Part shown: piece by piece, positions 27,491 through 41,047 of the stretch
Layout: every line of letters starts with the position of its first letter
Position numbering within the stretch: position 1 is the first letter of the stretch
Assembly (NCBI GenBank): GCA_964016885.1
Contig: OZ024741.1
Span: 125,054,001-125,118,000, forward strand
Length of the DNA: 64,000 nt
DNA from: Eledone cirrhosa
Taxonomy: Eukaryota
Direction: 5' to 3'
The notes under the pieces: model-generated
The model's input: the letters and a program-made list of their open reading frames with translations, nothing else
What the model was told of the DNA's origin: nothing
Database searches by the model: none
Translations under genes and position numbers: made by a program

Positions 27491-28098
27491 ATGGTGGTGG
27501 CTGCCAACTCGTTTTCGAGTACGGCCACTACATTATATCCATGTGGGAAAACCCCTACCGATGCGCTGACGACTGTGACTTTCTAGTCCAGCCAGCGACT
27601 TGAAAACTCTGGTACAAACACTACAGTTGTGACAATTATTGACACAGTGCTGGGCCCATGGTACCATGTGACGACAAGTGCAGAGAGATCTCCAGATATA
27701 AAGCAATGCCTGTGCCGTGAAGCTTTTATAGTGAGCAAAGGCACTGCACAAAGCCAGTCCCACTCTCTTAACCAAGATGTATTTACCAAAAAGAAGAACA
27801 AGTCAACATCATTGGATACCATCAGGGTTGCAGGTGTTATATCAGAGTTTTCCTTCTCCTAGAATTCTGCCTTGACAAAGGCTAAGGGGTCATCTCTCCC
27901 GGTGATTTTGGATGGCCATTGACTCTTAAGAGCTCCTTTGCCCTTTGACAGGTTTTGTTTTTAGTCCTGCAGGATGTCCAAAGTCACCCTCCTCACCAAG
28001 AAACCTTGGTGGGGTTGCCAGTTTAGTCGCCAACGACCCGACCATGGGACAGGTTGTACTGGGATACATGTTACCAGTAGCACCAAGTGGTGACCTGA
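27491..28098 (-). mobile_element. ~600-bp non-autonomous RTE-derived element in (CATA)n
   Basis: 5' UTR motif TCTAGGAGAAGG shared with ~26000, a zinc-finger remnant and a 3' stem-loop; second copy at 44130. Confidence 0.8.
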
Positions 28099-28160
28099 CA
28101 CATACATACATACATACATACATACATACATACATACATACATACATACATACATACATA

Positions 28161-28370
28161 CAGATGCAAAGCATATACACATGCACACATACAACTCAAA
28201 ACATACACATCCACACATACAATAACATCCATATCTACATATGCATGCATACATACATAATCTACCTAGTTGATGTTGTGTAAATTCCAGTGAGAGAGTC
28301 TTGTGTCTATGTTAGAAACCGACTCTCTCTCTATTGGTAAGACTTTGTGAAATTATAAAACCAGAAGAAC
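28161..28370 (+). mobile_element. 3' UTR fragment of the RLE element, in (CATA)n
   Basis: Near-identical to 30183-30390. Confidence 0.8.
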
Positions 28371-28461
28371 ATACCTACATACATACACACATACATACAT
28401 ACATACATACATACATACATACATACATACATACATACATACATACATACATACATACATA

Positions 28462-29184
28462 CAGGAACAAGAACTCGTTACCAAATATATGCTGCACAAA
28501 AGAGGAGGGCCAGCAGCTGACAATAAATGTAGGCTATGTAAAACAAAGATCGAGGATGTAAGCCACATTGTTGCCAGCTGCGAAAGAATGTCATCTCGCT
28601 ACTACCTCCCCATGAGACACAATGGGATAGCTAGAACCATCTGGAACGCACTTCGGAAAACAAAATTAGCAACAAACGAGGAAGAATATATTGAGACAGA
28701 TGGCAATAAGGAATACTGGTGGAACCTGAAAATAATAACTGCCTCCAAATTAAAGCACAACCGGCCTGATATTATTGTTTGGGACCACACATTGAAAACG
28801 TGTTCTGTTGTGGAGATCAGCTGCCCACTTGATGTAAACGTTGTCAGAAAAATACAGGAGAAGGAGGACATCTACGGACCATCGATGAGGAGTTTACAAA
28901 TCCAGTATCCAAGATACACCTTTAGCTTCATACCCATCATTATTGAAGCTACGGGTTATATACCAACCCGTTTGGACCAAAGTATGACTGAACTTGGATT
29001 TGCGAACAAAGAGCGCAGCTCCCTAATTCATAGTCTACAAATGGCTGCGATAGCTGGCACCTTCAACATTTACGAAACATTCTTGCGATTCAAGGGATGA
29101 CAATTTCTTTTCTTTTACAACCTTGCCACCAGGAAGGTGGCCGGTCAAAAAAATATACTCGAAGTTAAGAGAAAGAGATAACAA
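28462..29184 (+). mobile_element. RLE-type non-LTR retrotransposon 3' end (zinc knuckle plus PD-(D/E)xK endonuclease)
   Basis: CRLCKTKIEDVSHIVASC, RHN, RPDIIV, VVEISCP and KEDIY; (CATA)n flanks. Confidence 0.85.
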
Positions 29185-29206
29185 TCATACATACATACAT
29201 ACATAT

Positions 29207-30390
29207 GTCGCATCATATCACTCCGACAACATCTACGAACCTACGTTTCTCGAGCAAGTCTATCTGCATGAAAGAGATAAGATCATGAGAGATGTTCCCT
29301 GTGTGATAATCAAAGACTCACACCCAGGGAAGTCGCTCAGCAGTATCGCAGTGAATCCATTGATGAAAAACTGCATACTTATCAGCAAAAACATCATGCA
29401 TGGATATGTTGCCAGGAAGCTCCAGAGTCAGAGTAATATAGATAAGGAAACAACCGCTATATTGGCTCCCACTTTGAAGGATACGCTTTTGCAATCCAAG
29501 AACAGGAGATTAACCCGAAATACATGATTCACAAAGAGATAGGGATGCAGGCAAAACACCTAGATGTGATAACAAGTACAGACTCTGCGGAACTAACATC
29601 GAGGATATCACCCATGTCATCAGCAGCTGTCCAAAGATGTCATCACGGCACTATCTACCTATGAGACAGGATGTTATGGCCAAAATACTGTACAATGCAG
29701 TTCGTAAAAAAGATAGCCCCGATACACACTAAAAGCTACAGAAATGTGGAAGACATCCATGTACATAATATGAAAGAGTACTGGTGGAATGTTCCAGTAA
29801 AAACCCCAATAAAATGCAGACATAACAGACCAGATATTATATGGGACAGGGAGAAGAAAGCATGCACAGTAGTGGAAATTAGCTGCCCAGCAGATGCCAA
29901 TATAATATCAAAGATTAGTGAAAAGAAGAATATCTATGCAGAACTGATGAGAAATCTGCAGATACTCCACCATGATTACACCTTCAGATTTATGCCTGTG
30001 ATTATTGGGGCACTGGGATATGTTAGTAACTGCCTCAATACAAATCTTGAGAAGCTAGGCTTCAGAGGAACCGAAAGAACTCAACTAGTTAGGAAATTAC
30101 AAGTACAATCCATTAATAGAACAGTAATAATATGTAAAAAATTCCAAACATTTTGCATCTAATAACTGCATATACACATGTACAGATGCAAAGCATATAC
30201 ACATGCACACATACAACTCAAAACATATTCATCCACACATACAATAACATCCATATCTACACATGCAGACATGGATACATAATCTACCGAGTTGATGTTG
30301 TGTAAATTCCAATGAGAGAGTCTTGTATCTATGTTAGAAACCGACTCTCTCGCTATTGGGAAAACTTTGGGAGATTATAAAACCAGAAGA
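29207..30390 (+). mobile_element. RLE-type non-LTR retrotransposon 3' part, frameshifted
   Basis: HNRPDII, VVEISCP, KKNIY and IIGALG; (CATA)n flanks. Confidence 0.85.
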
Positions 30391-30647
30391 ACATACATAC
30401 ATATGTACGTACGCACGTATGTATGTATATGTGTGTGTGTTTGTGTGTTTGTGTGTGTTTGTCTGTGTATTTGTATGTGTGTTTGTATGTGTGTTTGTGT
30501 TAACGTAAGATTTATTTCAAGCCAATACTCCTACCTCAAAGTGTCAATAAATAACGTGATAAGTACAAGGGTGGCCATTATTGAAGGTTTATAACATACT
30601 TCAACAAAACATCACTCGAAGCTATCATACTTGTGAACTTCTGCATA

Positions 30648-30858
30648 TATTGTTCTATGCACAAGGCCAGCAATTTGAAGGAAATTGGAAAGTCCATTAA
30701 ATAGATTCCAGTGCGTTACTAGTACTTTATTTTATTGATCCTGTAAGGATTAAAGGCAAAGCACATCTCGGCCGGATCTTAACTGAGAACGTAAAGGCTT
30801 ATAACTATATGCCTCAAAGCCTGTTGTCTGACGCTCTATCGTTACTGCCAATCCACTG
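30648..30858 (-). mobile_element. SINE family A (diverged)
   Basis: Tail, core and head matches. Confidence 0.75.
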
Positions 30859-31814
30859 GTTTATCTTTAGTATATATTAGCAGTATATAATGGCAATGTA
30901 AAACATTCCGAAAAGAGCAAATGTAATAGATTTGTGTACGATGCATTATCACAATGATTTTGCTCACTATATAGTTAATAAGTATACATGTTTTACGAAT
31001 CTATTTACGAAACTAATTAATGGAATATATTTCTCATTTATTCATGCAATGCAATCTCACATCGATAATGCCACAATGATCTCTTATTTAAGGAAACGAG
31101 GTACTTCACACGTACATGACTGCTACTACAACTTTTCATTATGTTTATGATAGAGGTATCATCGATGCAGCCTGGACTGTGATGTTGCTGTAAACAAATC
31201 CATCTGATAGAGCCACAGATTTCTATGGCTATACCTACTGCTAAAGCAGCTGTGAATTACTTTTTTCCTGAGCAAGTGGCCACTAAGCGCCACTAAGACC
31301 AAGGCGCCACTAAGGAATTCAAAATGGCTAGATTATATGATGGTGGAACTACCTCTGACCAATAGCTAGTAGTCTTGTATTCCCCTTACGTTGATGTTGT
31401 GAGGCTGTTTATTCTAAGTCTTATATATGTCACTGGTGCTTTCAGAAAGCAGCAGCAATAAACAGTTTGTGTCATATCAATGAATTGAAATAACAGGAGT
31501 AAATTTTCTTTCTTCGTATGTTTCTGATTTTTCTGATCAACTATTAGCTATCTGATGAGGGCATAATTGTGCATTACAGTTATCATCGATATATATATAC
31601 ATATATATCTAAAGACATTCTTTCCATCTCACCCACCCTTCAATCTATCTTATTTATCATTTTTTCTTCTGATGAACGACTAATGTCCGAAATGTTAATA
31701 CCCTCTTCTTGCTATTTCAAGCGTTAACCTAATATATTGCTTCCATATAATGTGCCGATTGTGTTGTTATTTCTGTTTACCTTTTACACACACATACACA
31801 CACACATACATACA

Positions 31815-31985
<171 letters not shown>

Positions 31986-32102
31986 TAATAATAATATATG
32001 TGAAGACTAAAATGCGAAGAGGACATATGTATATACAGTATATATATATATATAATTTGAGGAAGTTTCGTTTACATATGAAAAATATTTATTGCGTACC
32101 GG

Positions 32103-32192
32103 CCTGTTACGCGCGTTTCGCAGAGGATTGGCTCAAGGTGGCCCATATGAGTTATGGACCCAACTCCAGTATCGATCTGCTCCTCAGACTGG
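32103..32192 (-). ncRNA. Hammerhead ribozyme with enlarged domain II
   Basis: Minus strand: ccagt-CTGAGGA-gcaga...tctgc-GAAA-CGCGCG-TA-acagg; palindrome ACGCGCGT; internal hairpin ggtccata/tatgggcc. Confidence 0.8.
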
Positions 32193-32382
32193 TGATGTAA
32201 CAAAAGATATATTTTTGTTGTGGTATGTGGGCCGAGAAGGTACATATATATATAGGCATCAACCCTATTTTTGTGTGTGGGCGTATGTGTGTATTTTGGT
32301 GTAATTGGTGGGGCGGCAATGCGGTGTGTATTCACCGATATTTATGGGTGTTTTGCATGAAAACACGAGCAATTAAGGATTC

Positions 32383-32429
<47 letters not shown>

Positions 32430-32430
<1 letters not shown>

Positions 32431-34142
32431 TAGCAGATTTACCCGGCGTTGCTCGGGGTTTGAAATTATGCTAAGAATATACAGCTAGGAAGTAAAAGAA
32501 GAACATTATTTGTCCCCAACCTGTCAAAATAAGCAGAAGTCTTCAATAATTAATGCAAACAAATATTTACTGCAATATTTGTATACATAAAACTATGTTG
32601 ATAATTGTTTCTACTATGTTGATAATGAAGGAAAACACTGATCAGGATGTAGTTATACAAATGATTAAAGACAATACACGTTGCAAATCTGTAAAAAAAA
32701 ACAGGCAGTTTTGCTAAAGTACAAAAAGTTGTAATGAAAGCAGTGTTGTATACAAACAAAAAAACAATGAGAGCAGAATAAGAGAAAATCTATTCTTTGA
32801 GAGCATTCTTTGCTGTGTATGGTTAAATTTTGAACTTATAATCCAAAATATCCTGCATGACATATTCATTGGTATGTTTTGTAATGAGTAAGGTGAAGTC
32901 ATGTCATAGCTGTAATAAGTTTTTTGTTAACACTAAAGCACTTCAGGATAGACGATATTCTTTGTTTTTCTTTTCGGAACAAACACAATGAGATTATCTC
33001 AACTGCCAACTCGTGAGCAGGCAACGTAGAATTGTCCGTGCGAAAAGCAAGATTCATCCAAGTAAATTCCAGTGACGGACAGAGTTTGACCTTGCGACTT
33101 GTTTATGGACATCGCAAAGGCAACACGAAGGGGAAATTGGGTTCGGCGAAAGGAGAAGGGAGTATCCACGCCTGATGTAGTCAGGCTAATTTTTGTTATT
33201 ATCACATCCTCGCCTTTTCCACATCCGGATAAAATGGTTGCGTCAATACTAAGTGGAGACAGTTTTTTAACCACAAGGCGTGTACCATTGCATGGTTTTG
33301 GAGGAGTGATATTTGTCAGCAAAATAACTGGTGTTCCCTGTTTCAGAACCAATGTATTAGGAGGTAAACCAGGAGGATTTAAAGAATTTAGAAATTCAAC
33401 TGGATAGTTGACCGCATCCTGTGGATCACATACAGATTTATATATCCGTGGACATCCAGGAAGAATCCTGTTCATTATGTTCCTTCATTGTCAAAAAGGT
33501 TTGATGTGTACGAATACAGCTGGAAGCATAGATAATGCCTGCCTCAAATGTGGACGAAATTACTTTAAAAATGTAAAAGCTGTAGATCCCAATGGTTTGA
33601 ATGGAAAGACCCATAAGGATTGTTCTAAAAATAAACAAACCATCATCAAAATCTCGTGAATTCGAGACTGCTGCGAGATTAGGCCCTTAACACGAAAATT
33701 AACACTTAATATAGTGAAACAAGTTAAAACAACAAGTGTTTTTTTAACTTTGAAAGTGCAACAAAGAATAAACAAAAAACCAAGGATAATATTAGTGATT
33801 TATCTTCAAATGAATCTGATGTTTATATTTCTGAAATTTCGTCCGACGATGATAGTTGTATTAAAATTGAAAACGAAGGTCTCCATATCTCAGTCTCTTT
33901 ATAAGGATTGTCAATAAAGTTGGTTATCTCCCTTACATCAATTTTGCTACCGATAATTTTGATATCGATATTTTATTGCTCAACGTGGGTCGATTGGAAA
34001 AATGTTTGTGATGTGACCATCTTAGCGACCTGTGCAACGAGCACAGAAAGGTCGGTCAAATTCGGTTGGTAATTGTAAAAGCCTTAGGTATCCAAAGTTG
34101 AACACAGACACACACACATCTTCGCTTTTATATATATAAAGA
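32430..34142 (-). mobile_element. Internally deleted Helitron
   Basis: On the minus strand: A|TC 5' end at 34142, 3' hairpin CCCG...CGGG and CTAG|T at 32430; contains a helicase fragment. Confidence 0.9.
32999..33475 (-). pseudogene. Helitron RepHel PIF1-family helicase C-terminal fragment
   Basis: YPVEFLNSL, CNGTRL, QFPLRVAFAMSINKSQGQTL and FSHGQFYVACSRV. Confidence 0.92.
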
Positions 34143-34457
34143 TATATGTATATATGTAATAGAGAATGTATAATGAATAAATGAATTAAATTCTAATTTG
34201 TTGGCTCATACATCTTTACCAAGAAATAACATCAGTAACTTTCGTAAACCATGTATTTTACTCCCAGTTTCAACAGTTATGTCATCTGTTTGAGGTTAGA
34301 GATTTTTATATATATATTGAGTATTGAATGTTTGATTTTATATTACCAGTCAGCCTTTAAATGCATGTATAACTGTGTATATGCGTATATTTCTATAAGT
34401 ATGTATGTATATATATATAAATATATATATGTATGTATATATATATATATGTGTGTG

Positions 34458-34519
<62 letters not shown>

Positions 34520-34540
34520 CAGAGAGTGAGAGAGAGAGAG

Positions 34541-34595
<55 letters not shown>

Positions 34596-34605
<10 letters not shown>

Positions 34606-35056
34606 AATAAAGGAAGGTCTGCGGGATTGCGTACGGTTCATTTTTTTTTATCCCATTAGTAAAATAAGTTGGATTACTTTGAATACATAACGAATGAATA
34701 TTACATAATTTATCTACTAAATTTCATGGCTGTTCCTTAAATATATTTTGTTTATTTAAAGATTCACTTCTTTAAAATTTCTGAAATGTCAACACTTCCG
34801 GTGGCGATCGCTTAAATAAACGTACTAATTTTCCGTCACTAATTTTCTCCTAATGCAGTAAATATATAATATCGTCTTTTCTAATGTATCATGGATTATG
34901 TTACTGATTACATAAGTCTTCGTTCAATTTCTATGTATAATATATTGTCAATTACGATTTCATTTGATGTATCATATCATATCTACCTGCGTATAATATC
35001 AATATACACATTAAACATGCTAGCAGAAAACCACCCGAGGGTGGTTTTTCTGCTAG
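34596..35056 (+). mobile_element. Non-autonomous Helitron-like element (~460 bp)
   Basis: 5' end matches the 10161 TC start; 3' hairpin AAAACCACC-CGAG-GGTGGTTTT, then CTAG|T. Confidence 0.6.
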
Positions 35057-36821
35057 TATATATAATCATGCATATAATCATGCATAGTATATATAATCAT
35101 GCTAGTATATATAATCATGCATATAATCATGCATAGTATATATAATCATGCTAGTATATATAATCATGCATGATTCGTGACACAAATTACTTGTTGAATT
35201 AAAAAGTGTATTACATGTTAATTAATTAAAAGCAAAAATATATTTAAACTCGCAATGCAAAAAAATCCGAATCATTTAATAACAATTGTAAAATGAAAGA
35301 TAACTAATGAAAATTAAATTTAAAATGAAATCTTAACTGTTATTGAAAGTAATTAGAATGCCTAATTAATAAAACTTATTTAAAACATAAATAAAGGTTA
35401 ATTTGAAATAATTTTTAAATTGACTTTAAAACATAATTGAGAAAGGCATTTGAAATCAAAATAAATGTAAATAAGAAGCATTAATTTAAAGCATTCAAAA
35501 TGGCGTATAAAGCATTTCTATTATTATTTGAAAATTATTTAGAATTTAATGGATATGAAAACTAAATATATGAAAACTTTATTCGAATAAATTTTAAATT
35601 TTCTTCTAAAATAAAACAAATTTTAAAATAATTTAAATTACGTTTATTTTATACGTATGGTTTTTAATGTAGAAATATTATTTAACTAAAATGTTATTAT
35701 AAATCGTTTAAATATAGAACAAACCATTAAATATTTATAAAAGATAATTACAAAATAAAAAAAACAAATTGAAAAAGTTAAAATAAATAAATTCAAATTA
35801 ATTTAAATCTGAATTAATATATATCTGAAATAAAATCAATTTTTAAAATAAATTAAAAATTGAATTTGAATAATTAAACTATAATATGGAATTAATTATA
35901 ATTTTTTCAAATTTAGAACTATTTATTAACCTTTTATATTTATATTAAATTAAGACTAAATTAATTTTGATAACAAATATAAATACATATATTAAATCAT
36001 ATTTCCTTATCAAAAATCAATAAAATAAAATACAAATAAATTCAAAATATACTAGAAGTTAATAAAACTCATTTAAACTCTGTTTTGGGAATAATTTGCA
36101 AGTATTCAAAATTCCATTTATAATGAATTGAAAATGGCTAAAAATTAGATTTAAAACATTAAATAAATTATAACAGGAAATATTATTATAAGATAAAATT
36201 AACTTAAAATTGCTTATAAAATATTTTTTAGATTGTTTCAAAATTATTGAATCTAAATTATTTTATTATTAGAAATTAATCAAAACGTAGAAATTAATTT
36301 TAAAATAATTAACATGATTTCAAAATTGAACATAGCTTTAAACACATTGAAAATAATACGTAATTGTTTTAAAAATTATGTAAAATAAATTTTTAAACAG
36401 TAAATAATAAAGATATAATTTATAAATAAATTCATAAATAAATTTACAAATAGATTTTTAAGAAAATTCAAATTAATTTATAAATTTGAATCTAAATGAA
36501 TATTTATATAAAAAAAAATTAAAAGTGTAGTCTTGACATATTTTTGATTATATAAAAATAATCTGAAATGTAGTCATCTGTAAAAATAGTCGCTCAATAT
36601 AGAGAATATTTGAGAACATTTGGAGAAATACTTGAGAACAGATGGAGAAATGTGGAGACTTCTTGTTAAGAATCGCATTCCACATCACTCGGATGTCAGG
36701 TGAGTGAGTTAAACATTATGTGATTCCTATTCTATAATGGCCGGCTTTTTAAGTTTTAAAACCTGTAGCTAGAATTGTTAACATCTGGTTGGCTTAAGAA
36801 ACATTGAGGAAAAATTAAAAA

Positions 36822-36846
36822 GTAGTAGTAGCAGTAGCGGAAGTAC

Positions 36847-36910
<64 letters not shown>

Positions 36911-36992
36911 TGTTGTTGTTGTTGTTGTTATTGTAGTTGTATTAGTTGCTATTGTTGTTGCTGTTGTTGTTGTTGCTGCTGTTGATGTTGAT
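36822..36992. repeat. (TAG)n/(TTG)n microsatellite
   Basis: Direct reading. Confidence 0.9.
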
Positions 36993-37185
36993 GCGAAGCG
37001 AGTATTTAGCACTTATCAGGCTCAGAAAATGCGACTATATACGAATGTAATGTTGATTAAGTTGTATGGTGTGTTGCTAAGATGTAGCAGAACAGTGCAG
37101 TAATATGTGGTTGGTGGCTATTGAATTAGAAAACTACTGGCATATGATAGCGATCTTTAGAATGTTACTGTTACCAGAGATGGCG

Positions 37186-37260
<75 letters not shown>

Positions 37261-37370
37261 GGGGGGATAAAGAGTGAGAGAGTGTACATATATATAAGCA
37301 AAATTTGTTTTCGCTCTTAACGTTGTGCGTATTCACTCACGAATACACACACACATACATATCCACACAC

Positions 37371-37414
<44 letters not shown>

Positions 37415-37423
37415 ACACACACA

Positions 37424-37485
<62 letters not shown>

Positions 37486-37517
37486 CACGCGCACATACTC
37501 AGACACTTGGATGTGGT

Positions 37518-37555
<38 letters not shown>

Positions 37556-37955
37556 TATGCACGTTCACACGTATTCGATTTTTTTTCTTAAACGTGCGAA
37601 TATTGAATCATGAGAGCATTGTGAAATATTTAATCAAATTTAAGGGAAACGATTTTCTTTTCAATTAGATTCTTTCTATATCAAGAATATAAGTGCTCAT
37701 ACTAAAAAAAACTCTGAAGAAAAAGCTCATGTCTTCTAATATAATATGAAATATCTACGTCTAATGAATGTTGCGTAAAATGATTTTAAATTTGATTATA
37801 CACATCTAGACAGGTGTTCATGGTGACGAATTGACAGAGTCGCTAGGCCGTTGGATAAATTGTTTCACTGTATTCTTTACGGAGCCCTACAGTCTACATT
37901 CAAATTACATCGAGGCCATATCTGCCTAACCTACTTTCGGTGTCCAAAAACAAAT

Positions 37956-38096
37956 TGGTGGTGGTGGTAGTTGTGGTGCTGGTGGCTGTGGTAGTTGTTG
38001 TGATTGTGGTGCTGGTGGTGATGGTAGTGGTTGTGGTTGTTGTTGTGGTGGTGGTGGTGGTGGTGGTGGTGGTGGTGGTGGTGGTGGTGGTGGTGA
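37956..38096. repeat. (GGT)n microsatellite
   Basis: Direct reading. Confidence 0.9.
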
Positions 38097-38609
38097 TTAT
38101 GATGTTGATAACTTTGTAGTTGCTTTGGTGATGATATTCTCTTGATGGTATTTATATCTTGATCATTGCTGATTTTAAGGAGGTTTAGCCCTGCTTGTGT
38201 CCTAATTGAACAGACCTATGATCAAATGCAATCAGCCATGACCATACCGACTGTAAGTAAATATACTGTGCCTTAGAGTATATTATTTAACGTGTCTTTT
38301 ACTTTATAAGACGTTTGCGATGGATTGACATGGATCAAACTGAGGCTCTTGTAAATGACATTCTCACAATATATCAGGCAATGATATTAAAACCGAGATT
38401 TAATGTTTGCGAGAGATACTCATTAACCAGTTGGCCATTTTGCGTCCATAGAACTTAAAGAACCGCACAAATAAGTTATCGCTTTCTCTGACGCTCTACT
38501 AGTTCTGCCAATCTATCAACACCACCACCACCATTAGTCACATGACACCAACTTTTTCCATCCTTGGCATCTTCACTTTCAAATTAAGCTCTCGATAAAT
38601 AGTGTATTA

Positions 38610-38761
38610 TTGTCATCGTCACGGTTGTTAAGATCGTGACTACTATAATCATCATTATGGTTATGATGATGATTATGATGATCATCATCGTCGTTATGGA
38701 CATGGTCATCATTTTCATCATGCTCGTGATCACCTTCATCACCATCATCGCAATCATCACT

Positions 38762-38796
<35 letters not shown>

Positions 38797-39065
38797 ATCA
38801 TCAGTTTTATCATCATCATCATCATCACTCCAACACCACCATCATCACACACGCCATCATTATCATCACTCCCACCACCATCATCATCACAATCATGATA
38901 ACGATCATCAACCTCAATACCATCATTCTCAACATCATCTTCATCAACAAACTCATTATTACCAACATCACCATCATGACTACCATCATCAATACGATCA
39001 TCATCAACAAAATCATTATCATCAACATCATCAACATCATCATGATCTTCGTCAACATCCTCTTC
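38610..39065. repeat. Degenerate (CAT)n tract
   Basis: Direct reading. Confidence 0.9.
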
Positions 39066-39361
39066 AACTGAGCTAATATCAAGTCGTCATATATGTAAAC
39101 CATAGTCGTATATAAACGTTGCTGGCGGCAGTTTGTTGAGGGAAGCCATATTAAGTGGAGATTCTTTCCGGCAGTATTTAATTGATGGACAATTGATCAC
39201 AAGAAACCTCCTACGGATTCCTTTATAACCCCTTCATAGAATCAACACATGAGGTAAATGTTATATATTCCTGCAACTAATCTAGTTAATGAACTGGACA
39301 TATGGTCAAACTGTTGGCTGGTTCGTATCACCATCACACATATTGAAATTTATCTGTAACT

Positions 39362-39700
39362 AAGGCGGCGAAATAGTAGTGTTGTTAGAACGTCGGATAG
39401 ATTGTTTTGCGGTGTTCGTTTCTGCTTTCTGCTCTCTTGGTTCTAATTCCGCTGAGGCCAACTTTGCTTTACATCCATTCGAGTTCGATAAAAAAAAGTA
39501 CGTTTAATACTATGTTCTCTTCTTCTTCTATATCTCTTTCTCTCACTCTCTATTTTTCTCTGGAACAAATCTGCTGTATTAAAAACTGGAGAGGAGATGG
39601 GCTCCGCCAAGTTTTTAAAAACGTATACCCTAAATACGCCGTGTGTCGATGAGGCGCGCGTACGGCTCATTTAAGTAGTACAGGTCCACACATCCGTACA
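39362..39700 (+). mobile_element. SINE family A, long-tail form (diverged)
   Basis: Matches 49125-49436. Confidence 0.65.
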
Positions 39701-40863
39701 AGGTACTTAACCCTATTGTTACCAGACCACATGAAACACCCTCTGGTTCTATAAAACAAAAATTGTTTTTTTCTTTTCAGTGTTTATATTTATCTACAAA
39801 AACATACTTCCATCAGAATTTTAAGTAGCTTTATTAAACTAAGCTCTTTAGCAGTATGGATTATAGATGTTATTGAGACACGAGTGACATAATAATGATT
39901 TCAACAGCAGAAATTAGAGATGAAATATATGTTTATTTTTGATGTAGCACAAACAATGATGTGGTACAGAGGCTGGTTTCTGGCGTGTGATCAGTCTGCT
40001 TTCCAGTGGCTGTCTGATTTTCTGCTCGCGTTCTCAACCAGCGGGAGATAACTAGGGTTGTTCTATCAAGAGGCGTGAGGCGTTTTACTACACTCTAAAC
40101 ACCGGATAAACAATGAGAATGTTGTTTCTATTGCTAAATCCCTTGATATATTCTAGATTTGGTTATTTGAGAATGGTTTTAAAATTATAAATAACATTTC
40201 ATTGGAAATATGGCAATCTTTTAGTTGAAGTTGATTAAAAAGGAAACGTGTTTGTGTTAAGGTTTAGAGGAACCAAATACTAGCTATTTTCGTACCAATC
40301 TGTGTAACTCCGTTGAGACTGTCGTTTTCCTCCGCTAAGTTAGAATGATGGTATCACACATGACGAACAAGCCCCATTAGGCAGAATGGTTGATGCAGCA
40401 GGCATCACACGCTCTTCTCCACAGCAAAGCTTTCACACTCTGCCAGGTGATGAGACCAACAGATTGTATCAGTAATAGTTAGGCAAATGAAAACATTGTT
40501 CCCGTGATCCGATCTGACGACCGGATTTATTACTTTTTTTTTTTGGAGCAAACTGTATATATTTGGCACGTGTTGTGGGAGAGTTTGATATTGGTAGCAT
40601 GGAGTTTATATTTTCTCACAGCAAAGGATCTACTACGTGAACCATAAGCCAGCGAGGTAGGTTGTCTCTACCTGGACGTTTGCTCGACTAGAAATAGCAA
40701 CGAAATTTCATTCAAATCACCCACTTTACTGTGTTTAAAATTATAAGACACTGAAAACTTTAGTCCCAGATACACTATTCCTGAAAACAAAATATAGTTG
40801 TCTTGGCAGGAATGCCTTTCGATATAAGCCTGCTCAACCTAAAATAACCTGATTTATAAATAA

Positions 40864-41047
40864 CGATTTCTAGTATAGGCACAAGGCCAGTAATTTTAGG
40901 TGAGGAGAAAGTCGATTAAATTGACCCCGTAAAGATGAAAGGCAAAGTTAACGTCGGCGGGATTTGAACTCACATCGTAAAAGGGCTGTAACTCTATGCT
41001 GCAAAGTATGGTGTCCGACGCTCTACTGATACTGCCAATCCACTGTC
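40864..41047 (-). mobile_element. SINE family A
   Basis: Head, core and tail; flanked by the direct repeat AACCTGATTTATAAATAACGA (probable TSD). Confidence 0.85.

Noticed and set aside
27423-27528. N-terminus of the 261-aa ORF as a host zinc-finger gene start
   Set aside because: It is a chance read-through from another element's tail and (ATGT)n into an RTE fragment.
35170-36570. Nuclear copy of mitochondrial DNA
   Set aside because: No conserved rRNA, tRNA or mitochondrial protein motifs recognised.
38584-39103. Poly-His, poly-Met and poly-Ile ORFs
   Set aside because: They come from a degenerate (CAT)n tract that is open in several frames.
39707-40010. piggyBac-like end TTAA-CCC
   Set aside because: No matching GGG-TTAA terminus identified.
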